Below are positions 28,453 through 37,106 of a stretch of 64,000 nt of DNA, piece after piece (position 1 is the first letter of the stretch; each line of letters starts with the position of its first letter). Both the position numbers and the translations under genes were made by a program. Location: the NCBI GenBank assembly GCA_030583845.1, contig CP129478.1, positions 971,686 through 1,035,685 on the forward strand. Direction: 5' to 3'. The notes beneath the pieces are model-generated. The model was given only the letters and a program-made list of their open reading frames with translations. It was not told the origin of the DNA and made no database searches. This DNA comes from Candidatus Dojkabacteria bacterium. GTDB lineage: Bacteria > Patescibacteriota > Dojkabacteria > SC72 > JAHDCA01.

Positions 28453-28546
28453 ATGCAGTATGATAATATGAAATGGATCGCTTGGAAATATAGCTTTTCA
28501 CGAAATCCAGCGTATTGATTGTTGAAATAAGTTAAGAACTCTAGAA

Positions 28547-30334
28547 ATGCCTACATATAACTATTCTGACAGGCGAAGCGTTGTATACAACCCGAACCGC
28601 CGAGCAAGAGAGCAACAGCAACGCAGCAAGTCTCAGAGCAAGCCACAGGGCAAGCCCCAGAGTAAGCATAGTGGTGGAAGCTTGAAGAGGATTTTAGGCT
28701 ATACATTGGTAGGATTTGTGGCCCTCAATATCATAGGGGCAGTTTTTTTCAATAATACATATCGCTCATACATTAATGCTGTTACCTATAAGGCTAAGGA
28801 GTTCCAGATAAACTACCGAACCTACAAGGTACAAATTAGCGAGGATCTTCCAGAAGATTTTGCAGCTGATTTACAAGATGCACTTGATGAAGTCGAATAT
28901 AAGGGGAAGAAGAGATATGAATTTGTCGACGGGAATGCCGATCTGCAGATTGGATACGGCTCGATTGAAGATGAGATGCTCGTTTTGAGCAACCAGGTCT
29001 TACTTCCGGTCGTCAACCTATACTCGTTAAAAGACTCAACAGACGCAAATGAGCTAAATTCTTCCTCAGTCGCACTCGTAACATTATCCAGTTATGAGAG
29101 CATTGTTACTGCACTTTTTCCAGACCAGCAGATCATAGTTGTCGAAAATACGGCAGACATTGAATGGCTAGATAGCACAATTGCAATTGTGATGATGTCT
29201 GACCTTACAGCTGATCTGAAGCTGCTAAGCTACGAGGGAGTTTACTATCTAGATAGTTTTGATAGCGGATCGCTGCCAGCAAGCCTTGGGGTCATTGAAA
29301 GCAGTGCCGACGACTCTGTTGGTAGGACATTAATCGGGCTTGCCAAGCAGGAGGTGGATGTTGAACAGGAGCTGACAGACGAGCGGGTGCTGAAGCTAAA
29401 TATGACCGGCGTGACAGCGCTTAGCCGAAATTTAGCCTTTAAGATAGATGCATCAGGTGATCCTGCATATGCAGCGACCAAGATCAGTGATTTTCTAGCC
29501 GATGCTGACCTTACCCACACATCAAATGAGGTCTCGTTCATTGATGACTGCGTGCCGGTAAGAAGCATGAGCTTCTGCTCAAACAGTGATTATTTAGCCG
29601 CTCTTGATGCTATTGGGCTAGACATAATCGAGCTTACAGGCAACCATAACAACGATTACGGCGCAGTACACAACACAAACTCAATCGGCATGTATAAGGA
29701 GAGAGGCTGGAGCTACTTCGGAGGTGGTCTGGATAGCACAGATGCAGCCAAGATCCTCTATAAAGAGGTTGATGGTACAAAGCTAGCCTTCATTGGATAT
29801 AACTATTACGACACGATGAACGGCTCAGGTGCCTTGGCTTCGGCATCTAGAGCAGGAGCAAATTCGTTCTCATTCGAGAAGATGGAAGCTGATATCAAGG
29901 CCGCAAAAGAAGCCGGCGCCGTGGTAATAGTAGACTTCCAGTTTCAGGAGTGTTACTCATATCCAGCCAGCGACGTGATTTTTCCTCCATGCTACAAAGC
30001 TTTGACGAGCCCTGACCAGGTAGGCGTATTTCGACAGGCGGTAGAGGATGGGGCAGACATCGTTGTTGGAACACAGGCGCACCAGCCACAGACATTTGAA
30101 GTGTACAATGGCAAGACAATCTTCTACGGCCTCGGAAATCTTTTTTTTGACCAGATCCCGTGGATTGGGACGCGCCAAGGGCTTGTGTTAACGCACTATT
30201 TCGTCGACGGTAAGCATGTGCAGACAAAGGTAAGCACGACTATTTATGATAATGATATGAGGCCGTATGTGACTGAGGGAGAGGATAGGGAGCTGCTGCT
30301 GGGGCTGTTGGAGGATGCGAGAGCGAGCCTTTAG
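28547..30334 (+). CDS. CapA/PGA_cap-family metallophosphatase-like capsule (poly-gamma-glutamate) biosynthesis protein, membrane-anchored
   Basis: 'IELTGNHNNDYG', 'VVGTQAHQPQ' and 'YGLGNLFFDQ' motifs of the CapA family; N-terminal TM after a basic low-complexity region. Confidence 0.7.
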   Translation: MPTYNYSDRRSVVYNPNRRAREQQQRSKSQSKPQGKPQSKHSGGSLKRILGYTLVGFVALNIIGAVFFNNTYRSYINAVTYKAKEFQINYRTYKVQISEDLPEDFAADLQDALDEVEYKGKKRYEFVDGNADLQIGYGSIEDEMLVLSNQVLLPVVNLYSLKDSTDANELNSSSVALVTLSSYESIVTALFPDQQIIVVENTADIEWLDSTIAIVMMSDLTADLKLLSYEGVYYLDSFDSGSLPASLGVIESSADDSVGRTLIGLAKQEVDVEQELTDERVLKLNMTGVTALSRNLAFKIDASGDPAYAATKISDFLADADLTHTSNEVSFIDDCVPVRSMSFCSNSDYLAALDAIGLDIIELTGNHNNDYGAVHNTNSIGMYKERGWSYFGGGLDSTDAAKILYKEVDGTKLAFIGYNYYDTMNGSGALASASRAGANSFSFEKMEADIKAAKEAGAVVIVDFQFQECYSYPASDVIFPPCYKALTSPDQVGVFRQAVEDGADIVVGTQAHQPQTFEVYNGKTIFYGLGNLFFDQIPWIGTRQGLVLTHYFVDGKHVQTKVSTTIYDNDMRPYVTEGEDRELLLGLLEDARASL

Positions 30335-30388
30335 ACGAGCCTTCTGAATGCGCTATAATAAGCGACTTAAGTTGTAATAGCCAATTAG

Positions 30389-30853
30389 ATGTTAGTTCCA
30401 GATAATTTTATACCTCCTGAGCTAGTCAAAGAGGATTATATTGCGCGTAAACTTTGTGCTAGTGATGTATATCTTGATTATCTTGCTGTAATGAGCAGCA
30501 TTGATATTATCCACAAAGTTAGGAGTGAATCGTGGCCAACTACAGACCTCACTATCGAGGATGACCTAATTGACTTATCTTGGCACCAGCGAGAGTTTGA
30601 GTATAAGAATTCCTTCGCATACACTGTAATGAGTAAGGATGAAAATGAGTGTTACGGGTGTATTTACTTTTATCATCCGAGCTTTAGGTTCCCAGATGGT
30701 TTAGATAAAGAGTATGAGGTAGATGTTTCGTGGTGGTGTACTCAGAAGATGTATGAGAATGGTTTCTATGAGAGGCTTTCAGCGGATGTGAAGGAGTGGG
30801 TGGAGAAAGAATGGCCGTTTAGGCATATTTATTACTCGAACCGCGTTCAGTGA
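30389..30853 (+). CDS. Hypothetical protein
   Basis: 154-aa ORF; no motif. Confidence 0.45.
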   Translation: MLVPDNFIPPELVKEDYIARKLCASDVYLDYLAVMSSIDIIHKVRSESWPTTDLTIEDDLIDLSWHQREFEYKNSFAYTVMSKDENECYGCIYFYHPSFRFPDGLDKEYEVDVSWWCTQKMYENGFYERLSADVKEWVEKEWPFRHIYYSNRVQ

Positions 30854-31310
30854 GGTCTTCATTTTCTGCCTTGATCTCTTCAATAAATTGACTTATTATG
30901 TCTTTGTACATTGCCTCAATCTCCTCACGTTCTCCCTTACAAGCGACATAAACACCTTCTGGGAACTCTTGCTCTATAGCCCTTCTGTACCTTTCAGATT
31001 GGTTACCAGTCACAATTGTGCATGCTGTCTGATGCTCCCTAGCTATATGTGCAATTTCTCTCCATCTTCCGTTGTATGGCCTGGTAATTATATGAAAGAC
31101 GTTGCCGGTAGAAATTATTTCTATCGCCTCTGGAATGTTACTTGCAGTGACTATCTCGGCGCCATACTGAGCAAGTGTCTTTAACCTTTCGTTATGGATA
31201 CTTCCCCAGCTTGTATCGTCTAGAATTAACAATATATTTTTTTTCTCAAGCTCTGACATTTGTGTTAAGCAACGTAACTTAGCCCCGCAACCTATAGTCA
31301 AATTATCCAT
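30819..31310 (-). CDS. Receiver (REC)-like domain protein lacking the phospho-acceptor Asp (pseudo-receiver)
   Basis: 'ILLILDD' beta1 acidic pair plus conserved T and K positions, but 'FHIITRP' where the acceptor Asp is expected. Confidence 0.45.
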   Translation of the reverse strand: MDNLTIGCGAKLRCLTQMSELEKKNILLILDDTSWGSIHNERLKTLAQYGAEIVTASNIPEAIEIISTGNVFHIITRPYNGRWREIAHIAREHQTACTIVTGNQSERYRRAIEQEFPEGVYVACKGEREEIEAMYKDIISQFIEEIKAENEDLTERGSSNKYA

Positions 31311-31353
31311 CTAAATAGACCATATGTAAAGAGTGCTCTCCGGAGGCTGTAGG

Positions 31354-31752
31354 CTATAAGGACTTTTTTAATGCACTCCAAGGGAATGGAACTCCTGTTT
31401 TGTGAAACTTCAGATGGACTAAAGGTCCAATCGTTTCAGAGGCGTTGTAGACATGCTTAGTAGCAGAACCAATATCGTCTGGATGAAGGATGACATGCGC
31501 AGGTATTCCATATTCTTGGCAGCTTAGTGCAGCCCCAAGCCACGCCCCCCCCGACAGTGCTATTACTGCGAAATCAAACCTGACTCCCTCTACAAGTGTG
31601 GCATATAGTCTTGAGGCAGAGTTAACACTATGGAATTGCGTAGATCCGTTGAGGGATTTCTTAGCTTCGCGGACAAAAGGTCTAGATCTATCATCCTCCA
31701 CGATTAATATCGATAAAGGAGGCTCTCCCTCCAGTGAACTAATTCCTTCCAT
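31354..31752 (-). CDS. Second receiver-like single-domain protein (divergent)
   Basis: 'ILIVEDD' and 'FDFAVIALSGG'; no output domain. Confidence 0.4.
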   Translation of the reverse strand: MEGISSLEGEPPLSILIVEDDRSRPFVREAKKSLNGSTQFHSVNSASRLYATLVEGVRFDFAVIALSGGAWLGAALSCQEYGIPAHVILHPDDIGSATKHVYNASETIGPLVHLKFHKTGVPFPWSALKKSL

Positions 31753-31793
31753 GAGTCTGGTACAAATAAATTCAATTTGGGCATTTAATAACT

Positions 31794-31881
31794 GGTGCTG
31801 AGGAGAGGACTCGAACCTCCACAGGATTTAACTCCCACTAGTACCTGAAACTAGCGCGTCTGCCAATTCCGCCACCCCAGC
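31794..31881 (-). tRNA. tRNA-Leu (anticodon CAG), class II with long variable arm
   Basis: Acceptor GCTGGGG/CCTCAGC, anticodon loop TTCAGGT, long variable arm TGGGAGTTAAATCCTGTG, T-arm GGAGGTTCGAGTCCTCT and CCA. Confidence 0.85.
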
Positions 31882-31916
31882 ACGATAAACATGCGAATCT
31901 TACCACAAAATTGCGA

Positions 31917-32231
31917 TTATCTCATCAATGCTCGCTCGAGCAGCTTGATCACTTCAAGCACTACAAGATAGATAAGCAGATACACAAACCATGCAATAAG
32001 TGCGTTGATATCGATCACATATCTTCCATCAATCACAATATCATTAAAGATCCCTTCAAACGGGCCGACAAATATCTGGCTTTTATCGTATACCCAAGCG
32101 ACGATCGCATTTGAGGCATTAGCATCAAATAGCAGGAATACCATTCGAAGACAGATAAGGATCTCAATTATGGTCATAATAAAGCTTACAATCCCTCTCA
32201 TCACGCTGGTTATTAATGGTCGCTGTCTCAT
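31917..32231 (-). CDS. Small membrane protein (YggT-like, tentative)
   Basis: 104 aa, 2-3 TM; weak resemblance only. Confidence 0.4.
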   Translation of the reverse strand: MRQRPLITSVMRGIVSFIMTIIEILICLRMVFLLFDANASNAIVAWVYDKSQIFVGPFEGIFNDIVIDGRYVIDINALIAWFVYLLIYLVVLEVIKLLERALMR

Positions 32232-32419
32232 AGAAATTTTGCTTAATTAAGTGTGCCACGCCGGATTGGGCATTGCTATAGCAATTTTATAACGGAAGCG
32301 GCGAGAGAGCAACATTAAAATTTAATGAAATAAGGCGTATGGCTCTGTTACAGAAGCCACCAAATTCCGTATAAACTTATAGCTTGAAATTAATGAATAA
32401 TTAATATTTTTTGATATAA

Positions 32420-34060
32420 TTGGCAATGGCACAAAACCAGCAAGGGGCTCCAGGTGGCCAGCCTTACGACAACAACCAAATTCAACAGCCGAAACAGCAA
32501 TTTACAGACCAGTCTCCCTATCTTCAGCCACGCTATGCCGACGAGCCAGAGTACCAATTTCAACCTCAAGGTAGTAAAAAGAAGGCAAAGTCGAGCAAGC
32601 TGTCAGCGATTCTTCCACTCTTTATCACAGTAGTGCTATTTGGTGCGCTTGGCTATCTAGGCTATAGAATTCTTTTCTATACACCATCAGCACCACCGGT
32701 AGAGGATAAAAAAAGCGGTGATGAGCTTAATGAAGATGATATCGCAAATGAAGCCAGCATCGTTGATCGAAGTGATGGTAGCAACTGTTCAAACTTTGAC
32801 TCATATAAAGACAGTATTTTCAGCTCAGTAAGTACGCCAAGAAAATGGATGTTAATAGGAAAAGAGTTTAGTGACGACCAAAAATCAATGGTCGTAAGTG
32901 GGGCGATGACACAGGAATATGCTGCAGCATCTGATGGTATTAAGAATTTCCATATCCGCGCGGAAGTGGTTGACCAAGGCGTCAAAGTAGAGCTAGCCCA
33001 AAAAGAGGGTGATACGAAGGCGTATCAGGGTAAGATAAACTTTGACACTGTTACACCTGGCATCCAAAAAGCAAGGATCTATATTGTGAGCTCATGCGGC
33101 TATGCATACTCTGAGACCAAAGATGTGTATGTGTCATATCCTGTATATGTTGCCTGGACATTGGACCACGAAGGTAAAAATTTCCCGTACGCATACCTCC
33201 AAAGCATCGACAATATCGCCAAGAAGCATAACAACATGCCTATTACCCATTTCTACAACCCGAGGACATTTGTATCTAGTGCTGTAAACCAGCAGTTTGC
33301 AGCCCAAAATCTGGCGTGGGTGAAGGCAAGGCAGCAGAATCATGGCGATACAATCGGGCTCCATTTGCATATGTTTTTTGATATGGTGCGCGCAGCTGGT
33401 GTAGAGCCAAAGACAGCTCCTGCATGGGGTTGGAACTCTAACGATGGCTATGATGTTCTCGTTTCAGGATATAACCATGATGAGCTCACACAGATCATTA
33501 CCTGGTCGAAGCAGTTGTTTGCTGAGAAAGGGCTTCCAGAGCCAAAGATCTTTAGAGCTGGTGGTTGGCATGCGACAACTGATACATTGATAATCCTTGA
33601 GGATAATGGTTTCGTGGCTGATTCTTCGGGAAGAAGCAGGTTTACTTCCAGCGATCCTGAACAGGGCCTTGGCCGTCACAATATCCCATTCCCTTGGATA
33701 TTAAGCACAACGACTCAACCTTACCGTCCAACCTACTACAGCCAGAATGACTCGAGCGGCTTCGGCGATGAGTTGATGACTCTTTGGGAATTTCCAAATA
33801 ACGGTCTAGACTCGACTGACAGCAATGGTACCGCACCAATACTGTTCTCATATTTTAAGGAAAACTACCCAAACCTGGGCCAGCCAATAGATAAGCGTAC
33901 AACTGTAAACTTCTTGAGCCACCCAGACTATTTCAATATAGACGCTCCTAAGATTGATGGGTTATTTACTCAGATTGATCCATATCTGTACGATAGAGAT
34001 GCAGGCCCAGTCATGTATGTGCAGTTGGACTATCTTTACGATGTATACGAGAATCACTAA
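32420..34060 (+). CDS. Membrane-anchored secreted protein, paralog of 25895-27385, with a Q/P-rich cytoplasmic N-terminus
   Basis: Shares the conserved blocks listed for its paralog; TM at about aa 60-85. Confidence 0.5.
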   Translation: MAMAQNQQGAPGGQPYDNNQIQQPKQQFTDQSPYLQPRYADEPEYQFQPQGSKKKAKSSKLSAILPLFITVVLFGALGYLGYRILFYTPSAPPVEDKKSGDELNEDDIANEASIVDRSDGSNCSNFDSYKDSIFSSVSTPRKWMLIGKEFSDDQKSMVVSGAMTQEYAAASDGIKNFHIRAEVVDQGVKVELAQKEGDTKAYQGKINFDTVTPGIQKARIYIVSSCGYAYSETKDVYVSYPVYVAWTLDHEGKNFPYAYLQSIDNIAKKHNNMPITHFYNPRTFVSSAVNQQFAAQNLAWVKARQQNHGDTIGLHLHMFFDMVRAAGVEPKTAPAWGWNSNDGYDVLVSGYNHDELTQIITWSKQLFAEKGLPEPKIFRAGGWHATTDTLIILEDNGFVADSSGRSRFTSSDPEQGLGRHNIPFPWILSTTTQPYRPTYYSQNDSSGFGDELMTLWEFPNNGLDSTDSNGTAPILFSYFKENYPNLGQPIDKRTTVNFLSHPDYFNIDAPKIDGLFTQIDPYLYDRDAGPVMYVQLDYLYDVYENH

Positions 34061-34061
34061 T

Positions 34062-35291
34062 CTATTTTCTGGTTATTACCACTACACAGCTGTTCGGATT
34101 ACCGTTGATTAGCTTCACATCTTCAATTTTGTACTCCCCCTCCCATCCTTTCAGCAAGTATTTATCAGCTAGCTTGTCGAAGGTCATGATATCAACGGCA
34201 TATCCGAGCGCCTCAAGGATGGCTTTGGCGAGGACATAATCCTCAACCTGGAATCTGGCAATAAGTCCGGTCTTTTCGCATGGTCGCATGACGATATCCT
34301 GATTCTCGGCATGGGCAGCGATCTCGCCAAGGATAAAGCAGCCACCTGGCTTAAGATATTTAGTCAGATACTGGATCGATTCAATCAGTCCGCCAGGAAA
34401 GTTTAAGCTAAAACCGGGCTTTTTGTCTTCATGCACTTCTTTAATTTGCTTGCCATGTTCGAAAGCTGCAATATCAAAAGGCACTGTTATATGCTCTATC
34501 ATGATTGCCTCGAAATCATGTCGGTCAAGTAGAGTAGGTGAGTGAGCATTTTTAAGTTGTTGTACGAATCTATCGCGATGTGGAGCTAGCTCAGTCACTT
34601 TCACCCTGAACAGCTGCTGAAACCATTGCCCATCTTCGCCTTTAATCAGGTGAAGATCGTTGCGCATCCAGATAGTGTCGAATAAATATGTGCAGTAGAT
34701 AATATCTTGGTTAGCGGGTAATTTTACGCTGCTCAGATTGAGCATGTTGGCTATCTGGTATTTGATCGTAAGATTTTGTGGGATGAAATCCAGTTTGTCA
34801 AAGTGGTATTTCGGGTCTTTTATATCTGTCGCAGTGAGATGAATCTCTAGATCGCTAAGATGGTTGGCAGTCTCAACCCATGCGTGGGCCTTGGCACCAA
34901 TTGAGAGCTCTGTAATGTCTAACTTACCCTGCGAGGTGGCTTTGGATTTCATTAAGTATGCAATCGCCCGAGTAAGCGGAGGGCAATCGTCGAAGGCTCT
35001 AGCGAGCCCCAGGCGGTTATAGAAGGCAAAATCTTGCTGTGAGTAGTATAGAGCATTGATCTGATTAAAAGCATCTGGAGTAAAGTTTGCTGTAGGCGAG
35101 AAGTGTGCTTCTTTAATTGCAATCTGGGTAGCTATTTGGCTATCTAGCTGCTGACCACTATTCTCCCGATGCGCTGACATTAGCCTCTTCAATTCAGGGG
35201 TAAAAAGGAAAATGTCGTCAACATGAGGCATATGTGAAATGAGGAGCGCTTCGATATTTGGATTGTTCTCCCAATGTATTTTTTGCAACAT
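34062..35291 (-). CDS. Hypothetical protein with a possible class-I SAM-methyltransferase-like C-terminus. The start is trimmed to the internal ATG.
   Basis: 'YLKPGGCFILGE' resembles the post-motif-II 'LKPGG' of SAM MTases. The ORF-track N-terminal 58 aa are encoded by a GC-rich hairpin region and look non-coding. Confidence 0.4.
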   Translation of the reverse strand: MLQKIHWENNPNIEALLISHMPHVDDIFLFTPELKRLMSAHRENSGQQLDSQIATQIAIKEAHFSPTANFTPDAFNQINALYYSQQDFAFYNRLGLARAFDDCPPLTRAIAYLMKSKATSQGKLDITELSIGAKAHAWVETANHLSDLEIHLTATDIKDPKYHFDKLDFIPQNLTIKYQIANMLNLSSVKLPANQDIIYCTYLFDTIWMRNDLHLIKGEDGQWFQQLFRVKVTELAPHRDRFVQQLKNAHSPTLLDRHDFEAIMIEHITVPFDIAAFEHGKQIKEVHEDKKPGFSLNFPGGLIESIQYLTKYLKPGGCFILGEIAAHAENQDIVMRPCEKTGLIARFQVEDYVLAKAILEALGYAVDIMTFDKLADKYLLKGWEGEYKIEDVKLINGNPNSCVVVITRK

Positions 35292-35427
35292 TTGCGGTTT
35301 TGCTTGTACGGGCAGCCCGGTTTGGGGCTGTATGAACCAGGGCGTCCCGGGCCCGGAACGCCCTCTGTCGGGCTGACCCTTGAATAACCCTCTCCAATAA
35401 GTATAATTATATATAGCAGCTGATTTA

Positions 35428-36057
35428 ATGTACATTAAAACCGTGTTACACGAGGCAACAGTCACAATTATTCACGACAAAATTGAGGATTTGCTGAAGC
35501 AGTACAATCCAGATAATTATGACAGGATTACACTGACGCTTGGCAAATTCTACAAATATGGCAATGGTCTAAGATTTAACCCCAATCTGAAGAAGACCAA
35601 ATTCAACAAGGTAATCGACATACTTGAGTCTGAGCCAGGCTTCTGGGATCAGATGAATAGCGAAAGTTTTACAGAGAGAAGCTATAAGAATTATTATGAG
35701 CGCAAAAGCAAGATCGGCAGCATTATTGAGCGCAACAAGATAATTAACAGCGAGCATAAGACAATTCGAGTCCCAGAAAGTCCTATAGACATACGGCTTA
35801 GCTCGTACAAGGAGAAGATCTATACAAAGGAGGTCAAATCAGCCAAAGCGCTAGTAAGCAACAAGGTGCAAAGCATTTTCATTAAAGAGTTTGTGAAAAT
35901 TATCTGCACAACAAACTCACGCCCAAATAAAAACAACCGCGAATATGTTAATTACAGTATAGAAATTGAGCTAATACCAGGACTGATAGGTCGCTACCCT
36001 CTTAATTATGTGATACATGCGATTGTTGCGCATGTTGAACTTCTGTTAGGCGAATAG
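35428..36057 (+). CDS. Hypothetical protein
   Basis: 209-aa Lys-rich ORF, no motif. Confidence 0.45.
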   Translation: MYIKTVLHEATVTIIHDKIEDLLKQYNPDNYDRITLTLGKFYKYGNGLRFNPNLKKTKFNKVIDILESEPGFWDQMNSESFTERSYKNYYERKSKIGSIIERNKIINSEHKTIRVPESPIDIRLSSYKEKIYTKEVKSAKALVSNKVQSIFIKEFVKIICTTNSRPNKNNREYVNYSIEIELIPGLIGRYPLNYVIHAIVAHVELLLGE

Positions 36058-36082
36058 CTTGTTAGGTCAATAGCTGCGATAA

Positions 36083-37003
36083 CTATCCGTAGTATTCAAT
36101 CATCTTCCGTGTCACTTCCGAGACATCCTCTTCGAGCGAGGTATGCGATTTAGAACTGAATCGCATAATCTTGTAGTTTGGCACCTTTTCATACAGTTCA
36201 AGCCTTGCTTTAACCTTTGTGTCGAAGTCGTTAATCATAAATAGCCCATCGGCTTTGTTATCGCGAAGCTCTTTGAGCAGGTCAAGCCTTTGCAGATATA
36301 CCATACTTATACGCGCTAGCTCTATCGATACATTCTTCTCAAAGCAGTCAAACATCACCTCGAGCACCTTGTCTCTAACATCCAACTTATCCTCCCAGTA
36401 ATCCCATTCAAGAACATCTAGTGATCTACGCTCGTGGTGCCACATCTTACGAAAAATATAGCGAAACTGTGAGCTGTGGATCACTGGCTTCATTTTTAGA
36501 AATAGCCTTGCTGGCAACATAGTAAAGTAGATGGGGAACTGCGAATAGTGCACTGGCGTCGCTCTGGCGACAACTTTAATCGTTTTATCCGGGTATTTTG
36601 CAGCAAATTTAGCAGCCAATACACCACCAAGCGAGCCGCCATACAGATTCACCTTACCTAGATTCAGAAGCTCTATGAAATCGGATGTAAAATCGCTGAA
36701 TTCATCTAATTCAGAGCCAACCTGGATCGCCTCAGACCAGCCAAAGCCAGGATAATCGGGGGCAATAACCCTGTATTTATGGCTTAGCTCATGAATAAAC
36801 GTAACAAATATCTCCTTCACGCTGATCCAGCCGTGTATCAAAAGCAACGGTGGCTTCTGTGATAGGTAATTTGGGTTATTGGCTGCCAATTCACCCTCCG
36901 TATCGAAATATGACACCTTCCTACCATTCAGTATCGTATTGTAGCTCGTAGGAAATTGAATTTTACTCTTCGCGTTGCGTGTATCGGGATTTTTGACCAT
37001 CAC
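36083..37003 (-). CDS. Alpha/beta-hydrolase fold protein
   Basis: 'LLLIHGW' and nucleophile elbow 'GGSLGG'. Confidence 0.75.
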   Translation of the reverse strand: MMVKNPDTRNAKSKIQFPTSYNTILNGRKVSYFDTEGELAANNPNYLSQKPPLLLIHGWISVKEIFVTFIHELSHKYRVIAPDYPGFGWSEAIQVGSELDEFSDFTSDFIELLNLGKVNLYGGSLGGVLAAKFAAKYPDKTIKVVARATPVHYSQFPIYFTMLPARLFLKMKPVIHSSQFRYIFRKMWHHERRSLDVLEWDYWEDKLDVRDKVLEVMFDCFEKNVSIELARISMVYLQRLDLLKELRDNKADGLFMINDFDTKVKARLELYEKVPNYKIMRFSSKSHTSLEEDVSEVTRKMIEYYG

Positions 37004-37106
37004 ACTCGGTAAACTTGCACTCGTTAACTATATACGGGCAATATTAGATGATTAATAGATAGTTGTATAGTGTAAATGACTCAGCAGAAAAATTGGCAAG
37101 ATACTC

